Origin: Polyangiaceae bacterium
Lineage (GTDB): Bacteria; Myxococcota_A; Polyangia; Polyangiales; Polyangiaceae
Length of the DNA stretch: 64,000 bases
NCBI GenBank assembly: GCA_044376115.1
Contig: JBILLK010000002.1
Span: 96,001 to 160,000, forward strand
Reading direction: 5' to 3'
Below are positions 1 through 8,298 of the stretch, piece after piece (within the stretch, counting starts at the first letter, position 1; the number at the start of each line of letters is the position of its first letter). Under the pieces are notes generated by a model. It was not told the DNA's origin. It saw only the letters and a list, made by a program, of their open reading frames with translations, and did no database searches. The position numbers and the translations under genes were made by a program.

Positions 1-176
1 GACGTTGAGGCGGCGGCGCGTCATTGCGGCGAAGCTTAGCAACGCTCATGCCGGCTCGCCTCGTCCGCTTTCGACTGCACGCTGAATTCGCTATTTGTGC
101 TGCTTTTGTGCAGACCAGCGGCTGCGCGGGCCTGCCTTCGAGGCAGCTTGCTTCCGGACCCACCGCGACAACGAGG

Positions 177-1406
177 TCACGCTGGGGCCTCCACGTCGGC
201 GTCGCTGCGAATCACCTCGCGGGTCTTTCCGTCCAGCAGGCAGGCCACATTCACGTCGCCCATCACGTTGATGGTGGTGCGGCAGCGATCGAGAAACCAA
301 TCCACCGTCAGCAAGAGCGCGATGTACTCAGTGGGCAAACGCACGGCGGTGAACACCAACGTCATCGTCACGAGCCCAGCCTCCGGGATGCCCGCCGCTC
401 CCACCGAGGCCACCACGCTGGTGAGCACGATCAACACCTGATCGGCCATGCTCAGCTGGTGACCGAGCATCTGCGCTATGAACAGTGCGCTCATCGCCTC
501 ATACAGCGCGGTGCCGTCATTGTTGAAGTTGGAGCCGACCAACGCGCCGAGGCTGGCCGAGCGATCCCGCAGCCCGAGCTTGCGCAGCCGATCGTAAGTG
601 ACCGGCATGGTCGCTGTGGAGCTCGCGGTGGAGAAGGCCATCACGAAGGCGTCCCACATGCCGCGCAGCAGCGGGATGGGGCGCAACCAGCTGCCGAAGC
701 GGATGCGCACGAGGTAGTAGACGCCCTGCAGCAAGAGCGCGCACAACACCGCGATCACGAAGGCGAGCAGCGGTTTGAAGGCCGAAAAGCCGCCTTTCCC
801 GATGATCGCCGCCACTTTGCCGAAGACCGCGAACGGCACCAGCGCGATCACCCAATGCAGGATCTTGAGCACCACGTCGAAGGCCGTTTCAACGCCCAGG
901 AGCAGCGCCGCTCGCCGCTCGTGCAAGAGCGAGCGGCCGGCGATGCCAACGGCCACGGCGATCATCACCACGCCGATCACTTTGTTCTCGACGATCGGCC
1001 GCAGCAGGCTGTCCGGGATGTTCTCGAACAGCTGCGTAATCACGTCCACCTTCGGCAGGTTCGGCGGTGCGCTGGGCTTGTCCAAATTGCTGCTCACGCC
1101 CGGCTTGAGCACGTTGGCCACCAGCAGCCCGACGCCGATCGCCACTAACGTATTGAGCACCAAGAGCACGCCCATCTTGCCGGCGGCCCCGCCGCGTACG
1201 TCGGCGGTGAGCAGCGCTCGCACAATCGCGATCAGCACGATCGGTGGTGCCAGCGCTGCGAGCACCCGCAACACCAACTTGGCCGGCACCTCGAACGAGC
1301 CCACCGAAGGGCCAAACAGCACCCCCACGAGCAAGCCGAGAACGAGGCCGATCAGGATTCGGGTGTAGAGAGGCAGCCTCGTCCAAGGCGACAGCAGGTT
1401 GCTCAT
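177..1406 (-). CDS. Dicarboxylate/amino acid:cation symporter (DAACS, GltP/DctA family)
   Basis: Multi-TM protein with AFSTASSTATMP, NNDGTALYE and SVGAAGIP motifs. Start reset to ATG 1406 (MSNLLSP), just after the hemL stop. Confidence 0.9.
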   Translation of the reverse strand: MSNLLSPWTRLPLYTRILIGLVLGLLVGVLFGPSVGSFEVPAKLVLRVLAALAPPIVLIAIVRALLTADVRGGAAGKMGVLLVLNTLVAIGVGLLVANVLKPGVSSNLDKPSAPPNLPKVDVITQLFENIPDSLLRPIVENKVIGVVMIAVAVGIAGRSLLHERRAALLLGVETAFDVVLKILHWVIALVPFAVFGKVAAIIGKGGFSAFKPLLAFVIAVLCALLLQGVYYLVRIRFGSWLRPIPLLRGMWDAFVMAFSTASSTATMPVTYDRLRKLGLRDRSASLGALVGSNFNNDGTALYEAMSALFIAQMLGHQLSMADQVLIVLTSVVASVGAAGIPEAGLVTMTLVFTAVRLPTEYIALLLTVDWFLDRCRTTINVMGDVNVACLLDGKTREVIRSDADVEAPA

Positions 1407-1408
1407 CG

Positions 1409-2704
1409 TCAGGTCTTCATCTGCAACACGAGCTCGAGTGAGGCCTTGGCGGCCTCGATGGCGCGGTCGATGTCGGCCTCGGTGTGAGCGCCCGAAATGA
1501 ACGCCGCTTCGAACTGCGCCGGCGGCCAATACACGCCGCGCTCGAGCATGCCTTGGAAGAACACGCCGAACTGCTTTCGATTGCAGCCGTCGGCGTCGGC
1601 CCAGGAGTTGACCGGCCCCTTGTGGAAGAAGAGCGTGATCATCGAGCCGACGCGCTGCACGCAGGCGGTGACACCGGAGGCTTTGACCGCCTCGTTCAGG
1701 CCTTGCTCCAGCCGCGCACCGAGCGACTCCAAGCGCTCGTACAGCGCCGCGTCGAGCCGCGCCAAGGTCGCGAGCCCAGCTGATACGGCGATCGGATTGC
1801 CGCTCAGCGTGCCGGCTTGGTACACCGGGCCGAGCGGCGCGATGCACTGCATGATGTCGGCGCGACCGCCGTACACGGCCAGCGGCATACCGCCGCCGAC
1901 GATCTTGCCCAGCGTGGTCATGTCCGGCTTCAAGCCGAACCGCTGTTGCGCTCCTCCCGCCGAGAGCCTGCAGCCGGTCATCACTTCATCGAAGATCGAG
2001 ATCGCCCCGTGGGCTTTGCATTGCTCCAAGATGGCTTCGAGGAAGCCATCTCGAGGAGCAACGCAGCCCATGTTGCCGACCACCGGCTCCACGATCACCG
2101 CGGCGATCTCGCTGCCGCGCCGCTCGAACAGCGCAGCCAGCGCGTCCTTGTCGTTGAAGGGCAACGTCAGCGTGGTCTTAGCGATCGCCTCGGGCACGCC
2201 GCCCGAATCCGGCGTCCCGAAGGAGGCCAGCCCGCTGCCGGCCTTGACCAAAAGATGATCCGCGTGACCGTGGTAACAGCCCTCGAACTTCACGATGAAG
2301 TCGCGCTTGGTGAAGCCGCGCGCCACGCGCAGCGCGCTCATCGTCGCCTCGGTGCCGCTCGAAACGCAGCGCAGCATCTCCATCGACGGATAAAGCTCCC
2401 GGATTTTTTCGGCGAAGCGGACCTCGAGCTCGGTGGGTGCACCGTAGGAAAGGCCGCGCAACGCCGCCTCGCGCACCGCGGCGATCACGTCGGGTTGGGC
2501 GTGCCCGAGGATCATCGGACCCCAAGAGCCGATGAAATCGATGTACTCCTTGCCATCCGCGCTAAAAAGCCGCGCACCTTCTGCTCGCTCGATGAACACC
2601 GGAGTGCCACCCACTGCTCGAAACGCGCGAACCGGGCTGTTGACGCCCCCAGGGATGCTTCGTTGTGCGCGCTCGAAGAGGGCGCTGCTTCGTTCTTGGG
2701 CCAT
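1409..2704 (-). CDS. hemL: Glutamate-1-semialdehyde 2,1-aminomutase
   Basis: IPGGVNSPVRAF, SGTEATMSA, FEGCYHGH, FDEVMTG, LGKIVGGGMP and YQAGTLSGNP motifs. Confidence 0.97.
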   Translation of the reverse strand: MAQERSSALFERAQRSIPGGVNSPVRAFRAVGGTPVFIERAEGARLFSADGKEYIDFIGSWGPMILGHAQPDVIAAVREAALRGLSYGAPTELEVRFAEKIRELYPSMEMLRCVSSGTEATMSALRVARGFTKRDFIVKFEGCYHGHADHLLVKAGSGLASFGTPDSGGVPEAIAKTTLTLPFNDKDALAALFERRGSEIAAVIVEPVVGNMGCVAPRDGFLEAILEQCKAHGAISIFDEVMTGCRLSAGGAQQRFGLKPDMTTLGKIVGGGMPLAVYGGRADIMQCIAPLGPVYQAGTLSGNPIAVSAGLATLARLDAALYERLESLGARLEQGLNEAVKASGVTACVQRVGSMITLFFHKGPVNSWADADGCNRKQFGVFFQGMLERGVYWPPAQFEAAFISGAHTEADIDRAIEAAKASLELVLQMKT

Positions 2705-2746
2705 GCCGAACGGTAACCCCGTGCACTCGGCGGCCGGTAGGAAGAA

Positions 2747-3604
2747 ATGAGGCTCTCTGCTCGTGAAGCCGGGCTCGCCGCGGTTCTCGCGCTAGCTGTG
2801 TTCGCGGCAGGCTACGGCCTCGGTCGCGCGGGTGGCTCAGCGGTGAACGAACCGCCGCCGCCGATCCCAGCGAGCGCGTTTGTGAGCGTGGCGGAGCTCC
2901 CGTCCGGCAGCCCCCCTGCGGCGTCGGTTGCGGCGCCCAGCGCCAATGCGGTGCCCAGCGGCAGCGCGGTACCCAGCGCCAGCGCAGCGGCCTCTTCGCT
3001 CGCGTCGCTCAAACGGCTGGAGCAGAACGTGCGCAGCATCGACGATGCGCTGGGTTTGGCGCAGGGTCACAGGCTGCGCGCCGAAGAGGACGCACGCGCG
3101 CTGATCGCCGATCTGCGCGCCAACCCGAGCCTGCGCGAGGACGCGAGCACGCTGGCCTACGCTTACAAGCTCGCGCTCGATCCCGACGTCTCGCCGATCA
3201 TCCTGGCCGGCCTGGCCGAGTTTCCCAGCCCCACCATTGCCGACTTCCTCGATGACCTCGCGAGGCGAGGGGACCCAGGCGCTCGCCTGGTCTTGCTCGC
3301 GCGCGACCTGCGCGACTTGCCGGAGCTGGTCGCCGTTCATTCGCCGCCTTTGCGCCTGGCGCTCGAACTCGAGCGGGTGCGCAGCTGCGGGCAAGCCCTC
3401 GCACTATTGCCACGGGTGCAGAAGATCGGTGATTCACGCTCGATGGCCTCGATGGTGCGGTTCGGCCGCATCACCGGCTGCGGGCCGAAGGGCCGCGATG
3501 ATTGCTTCCCATGCCTCCGTGAAAAGGTTCAGCGCAGCCTGCTCGAGGAGGCCACGCTGACGTGCCAATCACAGTGGTTCAAAGCGCCGTGGATCGTGCG
3601 CTGA
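2747..3604 (+). CDS. Membrane-anchored hypothetical protein with a Pro/Ala/Ser linker and Cys-containing C-terminal domain
   Basis: N-terminal hydrophobic segment, low-complexity linker, C-terminal GCG..DDCFPCLR; fills the gap between hemL and pit. Confidence 0.7.
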   Translation: MRLSAREAGLAAVLALAVFAAGYGLGRAGGSAVNEPPPPIPASAFVSVAELPSGSPPAASVAAPSANAVPSGSAVPSASAAASSLASLKRLEQNVRSIDDALGLAQGHRLRAEEDARALIADLRANPSLREDASTLAYAYKLALDPDVSPIILAGLAEFPSPTIADFLDDLARRGDPGARLVLLARDLRDLPELVAVHSPPLRLALELERVRSCGQALALLPRVQKIGDSRSMASMVRFGRITGCGPKGRDDCFPCLREKVQRSLLEEATLTCQSQWFKAPWIVR

Positions 3605-3607
3605 CGC

Positions 3608-4657
3608 TCACTTCGAGCCGAAGGCAAGCTCTAACAAGAACACCGAAATACCGGAGATCATCGCCGCCGCCGGGATGGTCATCACCCACGCACCGACGAT
3701 GTTCCCGGCTACACCCCAACGCACCGCCGAGAGCCGCTTCACCGCGCCCACGCCCATGATGCAAGCGTTGATGCAGTGGGTGGTCGAGAGCGGAATGCCG
3801 AAGCTCGAGGCGAGCAAAATGGTGGCGGCGCCGCTGGTCTCGGCGGCGAAGCCTTGCAGCGGTGAGATCTTGATGATCTTCGTCCCCATCGTCTTGATGA
3901 TGCGCTGACCGCCGGCCATGGTGCCGAGTGCGATGGCCGCTGCGCAGGAGAGGATGACCGCACGCGGGATCTCGGTCCCGCCAGCGGGCTCGAGCCAGAC
4001 CGGCAATACGCCTTTGCCGCCCGCACCAATGAAGGACACGAGCGCCAACGTCATGATGCCCATGCTCTTCTGCGCGTCGTTCGAGCCGTGCGCGTAGGCC
4101 ATGGCGCTCGCTGAACACAACTGCAAAAAGCGCGAGCCGCGGTGCACATTGCGCGGACGAACCTTGCCCAGCGAGACGGCCCACAGCGTGACCGCCATCA
4201 CCACGAAGGCGAGCACGAAGCCGAATAGCGGGCTCACCACCAGCGGCACGACGATCTTCTGAAACAGCGTCTTCCAGTTGAAGCGGTCTACCCCGGCGTG
4301 GACGACGACGGCCCCAGTGAGCCCGCCGATCAAAGCGTGGGACGAACTCGATGGCAGACCGTACCACCAGGTGATCAAGTTCCAGGCCGAGGCGCCGATC
4401 AGCGCGGCGAGCACCACCGATTGGGTCACGTCTCCCGGCGCTGCGAAGCCGCTCGCGATGGTCTTTGCCACCGCGGTTCCGGTGACGGCGCCGACGAAGT
4501 TGAGGATACCGGCGATCAGAACCGCCGTGCGGATGGGCAAAACGCCCGTCGAGACGACGGTGGCGATCGCGTTGGCTGCGTCGTGAAAGCCGTTGATGTA
4601 GTCGAAGATCAGCGCTGCAACCAAGACCAGGATCAGCAGTACCAGCCCATCAGCCAT
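3608..4657 (-). CDS. pit: Inorganic phosphate transporter, PiT family
   Basis: NGFHDAANAIAT, PSSSSHAL, HGSNDAQK and PLSTTH signature motifs. Confidence 0.95.
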   Translation of the reverse strand: MADGLVLLILVLVAALIFDYINGFHDAANAIATVVSTGVLPIRTAVLIAGILNFVGAVTGTAVAKTIASGFAAPGDVTQSVVLAALIGASAWNLITWWYGLPSSSSHALIGGLTGAVVVHAGVDRFNWKTLFQKIVVPLVVSPLFGFVLAFVVMAVTLWAVSLGKVRPRNVHRGSRFLQLCSASAMAYAHGSNDAQKSMGIMTLALVSFIGAGGKGVLPVWLEPAGGTEIPRAVILSCAAAIALGTMAGGQRIIKTMGTKIIKISPLQGFAAETSGAATILLASSFGIPLSTTHCINACIMGVGAVKRLSAVRWGVAGNIVGAWVMTIPAAAMISGISVFLLELAFGSK

Positions 4658-5285
4658 GTTTCACCGCGAGGTTCGCGAGGAACTCGGCGACGTCCTCGCA
4701 GGTGTCGATTGCGTCCTCCAAGATCTCAACGACTTCCTTCTCGCGGATCAGCGATCGCGCATCGAGCGAGGCGTCGGCAAACAGGGCTCGCATCGTTTCA
4801 CGGTAGATTTCATCGCCTTCCTTCTCGAGCACCTTCAGCTCGCGGCGACCTTGGCGAATGCCGTCCCAATCCGCTTTGCGCAACAGCGGCAATACGTCGG
4901 CGACCTTGGCCGAGGTGCGAACCAAGAGGCCCATCAGCTTGGCCGCCGGTTCGCTGGGCGTATCGATCGAAAACATGTCGAAGGCGCTGGCCGTCGCATG
5001 GGCGCGATCTGCGATGTCGTCGAGCAAGGTGGAGAGGCGGTGAATGTCCTCGCGGTCGAGCGGCGTGACGAAGGTCTGTGCTAGCGCATCCTCGAGCTCG
5101 TGAGCCACCTTGTCCGCCTCCTTTTCACGAGCGTGGACCTCGTTCCTCACCTCCTTGATGTCGCCGTCCACCAAGCGATGGAGGGCGACGGCCGCTTTGT
5201 GCGCAAGCGCTGCCTGCTGTTCAAGGTAGTCGTAAAAGCGATCTTCCTTGGGGAGGATGATCCGGATCACGTCCTGCAGAACCAT
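4650..5285 (-). CDS. DUF47 (PhoU-like) Pit accessory protein
   Basis: EKEADKV..L..TFVTPLDREDI..L...LDDIAD motif; overlaps the pit start. Confidence 0.92.
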   Translation of the reverse strand: MVLQDVIRIILPKEDRFYDYLEQQAALAHKAAVALHRLVDGDIKEVRNEVHAREKEADKVAHELEDALAQTFVTPLDREDIHRLSTLLDDIADRAHATASAFDMFSIDTPSEPAAKLMGLLVRTSAKVADVLPLLRKADWDGIRQGRRELKVLEKEGDEIYRETMRALFADASLDARSLIREKEVVEILEDAIDTCEDVAEFLANLAVKHG

Positions 5286-5333
5286 GGGTGGCTCTTACAC
5301 TGTTTGCCCGGGCTCAACCATGGGGCATCGTGG

Positions 5334-5351
5334 TTGTCACCTATCTGTCAC
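5334..5351 (+). promoter_or_regulatory. Pho box-like direct repeat (PhoB-type site)
   Basis: TTGTCAC-CTAT-CTGTCAC: 7-bp repeats at 11-bp period, about 50 bp upstream of DUF47-pit. Confidence 0.7.
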
Positions 5352-6096
5352 TGCAGCAGCGAAAGCCGGTGGTGTAGTCGCGATAGTGTTCATCGTGGCC
5401 GGTGGTTTCGTAGCGGCAGCCTTCGCCGAGTGAGCTCGTGTCCAAGTAGAAACCGCCGCGCATGGTTCCGCCGGCTTCGGCCGTCCATTCGTGAAGGTTG
5501 CCCACCATGTCCTGCGCACCGTTCTCGCTGCTGCAGCGATGAAAACGCCCGGTGCGTGCAACTCCGCCTGGGACCAACTGCAAACGTGGATCGTTCATTG
5601 TGTCGAAGCCCCACGTCTCACTGGACGCAGGTCGCGCAAAGACCACGGCCAAAGGCTCGACCGCAGCGTCGTTGCAGGCGCCGGTTCGTCGGCGCGTGCC
5701 GTAGGGGAAGGCCGTCTTTTCGTGGCCCATGCAGGCGCTCAGCCATTCGTCCTTGCTGCATAGTCGCTTGCCGGCGGCCTCGCAGGCCGCGCTCGCGTCT
5801 CGTTGGGAGAAGTGCGCCTGCGGCAGTACGCCGCGCGCGCTGACCGCGCGCAGCTTGGCTTTGCCGGGCGGCTTGTTGGGCGGGTGTACGCGCACGACTG
5901 CGCCTTCCGCCGAGAGCTCTTCCACGTGGGCCTCGTAGCGGTCGATGCACGAGCCGCCGTTCAGCACCATCTCACTTGGGCAACCGCTGTTGCTCTCTTC
6001 GCCCGGCGTCGAGCGGGACTCCTTCTCGGCGCGCTGAGCTTGCTTGCACGAAGCCAATAGCAGCCACGCGAGCGTTGCCCAGCCGCGCGACCTCAG
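5341..6096 (-). CDS. Formylglycine-generating enzyme (FGE/SUMF1) domain lipoprotein
   Basis: CIDRYEA, C...GKRLC...EW..AC, DMVGNLHEW and GFRCC motifs; lipobox LLASC. Start uncertain (CTG 6096 proposed; ORF track starts at 6237). Confidence 0.85.
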   Translation of the reverse strand: MRSRGWATLAWLLLASCKQAQRAEKESRSTPGEESNSGCPSEMVLNGGSCIDRYEAHVEELSAEGAVVRVHPPNKPPGKAKLRAVSARGVLPQAHFSQRDASAACEAAGKRLCSKDEWLSACMGHEKTAFPYGTRRRTGACNDAAVEPLAVVFARPASSETWGFDTMNDPRLQLVPGGVARTGRFHRCSSENGAQDMVGNLHEWTAEAGGTMRGGFYLDTSSLGEGCRYETTGHDEHYRDYTTGFRCCSDR

Positions 6097-7097
6097 TTGC
6101 AGCTGCCTTCTTCGTCCCCGCCGAAGACGTTGGTCCAATAAACGCCGTATTGTCCGCCACCCGTCGCGCGCCCAATGCCCACGACGGTGAAGCTGCCACC
6201 GAGCATGTTCGCGTTGTGACCCGGGCTGTTCTTCCATTGGTTGAAGGTCGCTTGTGCGCCGCTGTTACCCGCCGCGATGTTCTCTGCCATCGCCGTGCTC
6301 GGCCCGCAACCGAGCTCATAACACGCGTCACACGACCGACCCCAGGGCGAAGAGCCGTTGAGGCCGGTGTGGTCGAAGTAGTTTTGATCGCGCATGTCTT
6401 CGCTGTGCCCTTGCGCGGCGCGGTTGAGCGACGTGCAGGCGGTGACAGGCCCGAGGTTGTTTTGTGCGCGATATTGATTGAGCAGACCAACGAAAGCCTG
6501 CTCTTCGGCGTCCAGCGTCGTGGTCGCATCGCCGGCGCCTGCGCAGCCGGAGGGCGAGCCACAATCGCTGGCGCAGTTCTCCTGCGTCTCGCCCGGGTCA
6601 CAGGTGCCATCGCCACACTCGGGGCCGCAAGGACCACAATCGGCAGCGCACGATGCGCAGGTCTCGCCGCCGTTGCAGCTCCCGTCACCACAGCTCACGC
6701 AAGGACCACAATCGGCAGCGCACGACTCGCAGCTCTCGCTCGCCTCGCAGGTTGCGTCTCCGCACACCGGCTGGCATGGGCCACAATCGCTCGGGCAGTT
6801 GGTGCACGTTTCATCGGCGCTGCAGCTACCGTCCCCGCAGCTCTCACTGCACGGCCCACAATCCTGCTGGCAGTTCTCACAGTTCTCGCCGGGGTTGCAG
6901 ACGGCGTCGCCACACTGTGCGGCGTTGCCGCTGCCTGCCTCGCCGCTCGAGCTGCTGCCCGCGCTTCCGCTGCTCGCGTTGGTTCCACCGCCGTTATTCG
7001 CGTCGCCAGCCAACTCGAAGTCCGCAGCGCCGGTCAGTAGGTTGCAACCCGCGAGAAGCGTCGCCGAACACAGCAGCCAACCGAACCGCTTGAGCAT
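6093..7097 (-). CDS. CAP (SCP/PR-1) domain lipoprotein with CGDGxC Cys-rich repeats
   Basis: Lipobox LAGC; five CGDxxC...ExCxxCxxDCG repeats; CAP motifs AAQGHSEDM, AENIAAG, WKNSPGHNANML, YWT. Confidence 0.9.
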   Translation of the reverse strand: MLKRFGWLLCSATLLAGCNLLTGAADFELAGDANNGGGTNASSGSAGSSSSGEAGSGNAAQCGDAVCNPGENCENCQQDCGPCSESCGDGSCSADETCTNCPSDCGPCQPVCGDATCEASESCESCAADCGPCVSCGDGSCNGGETCASCAADCGPCGPECGDGTCDPGETQENCASDCGSPSGCAGAGDATTTLDAEEQAFVGLLNQYRAQNNLGPVTACTSLNRAAQGHSEDMRDQNYFDHTGLNGSSPWGRSCDACYELGCGPSTAMAENIAAGNSGAQATFNQWKNSPGHNANMLGGSFTVVGIGRATGGGQYGVYWTNVFGGDEEGSCN

Positions 7098-7197
7098 GGC
7101 CCATGCTGCCGTGCCGAGCGCGCGCACGGAAGCACACGATCAAAAAAAGCGCTTGAAATCGGCCTGAATCAGAAGATTGTGGCCAGAGCGCAACCGC

Positions 7198-8298
7198 TTA
7201 CGGGCTGTACACTCGGTGCAGCACCACCGGCTCGCCGCCCGCCGACTTGACCACGCTGATCAGATCGGGGCTACCGAGGTCGGGCGTGGAGAACGCCAAC
7301 ACCGAGCTCGGAGGCACGAACGGCGAGAGCACGCCGGAGGAGATCGCGTCGATCCAAGCGCTCACGAGGAGCGGCCCCGGCGCGGCCGGCTCCGAATACA
7401 GCTCACCAAACAGATGCAGCTCGCGCAAAAGCTCGGCGCAGTTCTGATCGCGCGCGAGGCCGAGCACCACGCCGCCTTGCGTAACGAAGTCGAACAGCGG
7501 ACCGGAGAGGATGTCGGCTGCGTGCGCAAGATCGGCGGGCGAGGCCAGCGGCATCGCCGGCAACACGATCACACTCGCTTGCAGGTTGGTCGCAAGAAAC
7601 GCCAGATCCTCTGCAACGGCGGCCGAAGAGAGCATCACCGAGCGGCCGCGGATGTTGGCTTCGTTGTCCAAAATTTGCGTCGCGGTTGTAGCTGCAGGGT
7701 CATTGCCGAAGGCGTTGAAGACCACCGTGCGCAGCGGTTCGTCGGGGTGCAAGAACGCGGAGTTGCCGAGCAGTTTGGCGCCCGACGAACCGACCGCGAC
7801 GTTCGAGTAATCCAGGCCCAGCACAACAGCGTGCCCAGCGAAGGCGCCCTGACATTGGCCGTCGCTGCACAAGCCGGTTTGGCAAGGATGACCGCAATAT
7901 CCGCAGTGCAGAGGGTCGCTGCTCACATCGATGCAAACCCCACCGCAATCGCTGAGCGGCTCGCAAACGAGCCCGCCGCCAGCGCCGCCGCTGGCTTCGC
8001 CGCCCATGCCACCTGCGCCAAAACCGCCACCGCCCTGCTGTTGTCCGCCGCCACCCTGTGGCCCGCCGCCGCTGCTCGCTCCCGCGCCGCCCGCTCCGGC
8101 GAGCCCGCCGCTGCCGCCGCTACCGCCCGCGCCGTTCGTGGTGGTGGCGCCGCTACCACCGCTACCGCCGTTGGCCTCATCGGCCACGCATTGCCCGTCG
8201 CGCTCGAGGTAGCCGACCTCGCAGCGTCCGCCCACGAGCTCAAAGCCGCAGGACAAGGCACCGAGTGCTGCTGCCGCGAGAGCGTGGGACGTTCTCAA
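7198..8298 (-). CDS. Gly/Cys-rich lipoprotein
   Basis: Lipobox ALSC, poly-Gly linker, CGGVCIDVSSDPLHCGYCGHPC Cys motif; overlaps the upstream OmpA stop. Confidence 0.75.
   Translation of the reverse strand: MRTSHALAAAALGALSCGFELVGGRCEVGYLERDGQCVADEANGGSGGSGATTTNGAGGSGGSGGLAGAGGAGASSGGGPQGGGGQQQGGGGFGAGGMGGEASGGAGGGLVCEPLSDCGGVCIDVSSDPLHCGYCGHPCQTGLCSDGQCQGAFAGHAVVLGLDYSNVAVGSSGAKLLGNSAFLHPDEPLRTVVFNAFGNDPAATTATQILDNEANIRGRSVMLSSAAVAEDLAFLATNLQASVIVLPAMPLASPADLAHAADILSGPLFDFVTQGGVVLGLARDQNCAELLRELHLFGELYSEPAAPGPLLVSAWIDAISSGVLSPFVPPSSVLAFSTPDLGSPDLISVVKSAGGEPVVLHRVYSP

Noticed and set aside
1..49. Start of a minus-strand gene running off the window (MSVAKLRRND...)
   Set aside because: Only 16 codons visible; cannot be supported.
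6540..6920. CRISPR-like periodic repeats (CCACAATC recurring about every 60-70 bp)
   Set aside because: These are coding Cys-rich DCG repeats within the CAP lipoprotein; no cas genes and no constant repeat.
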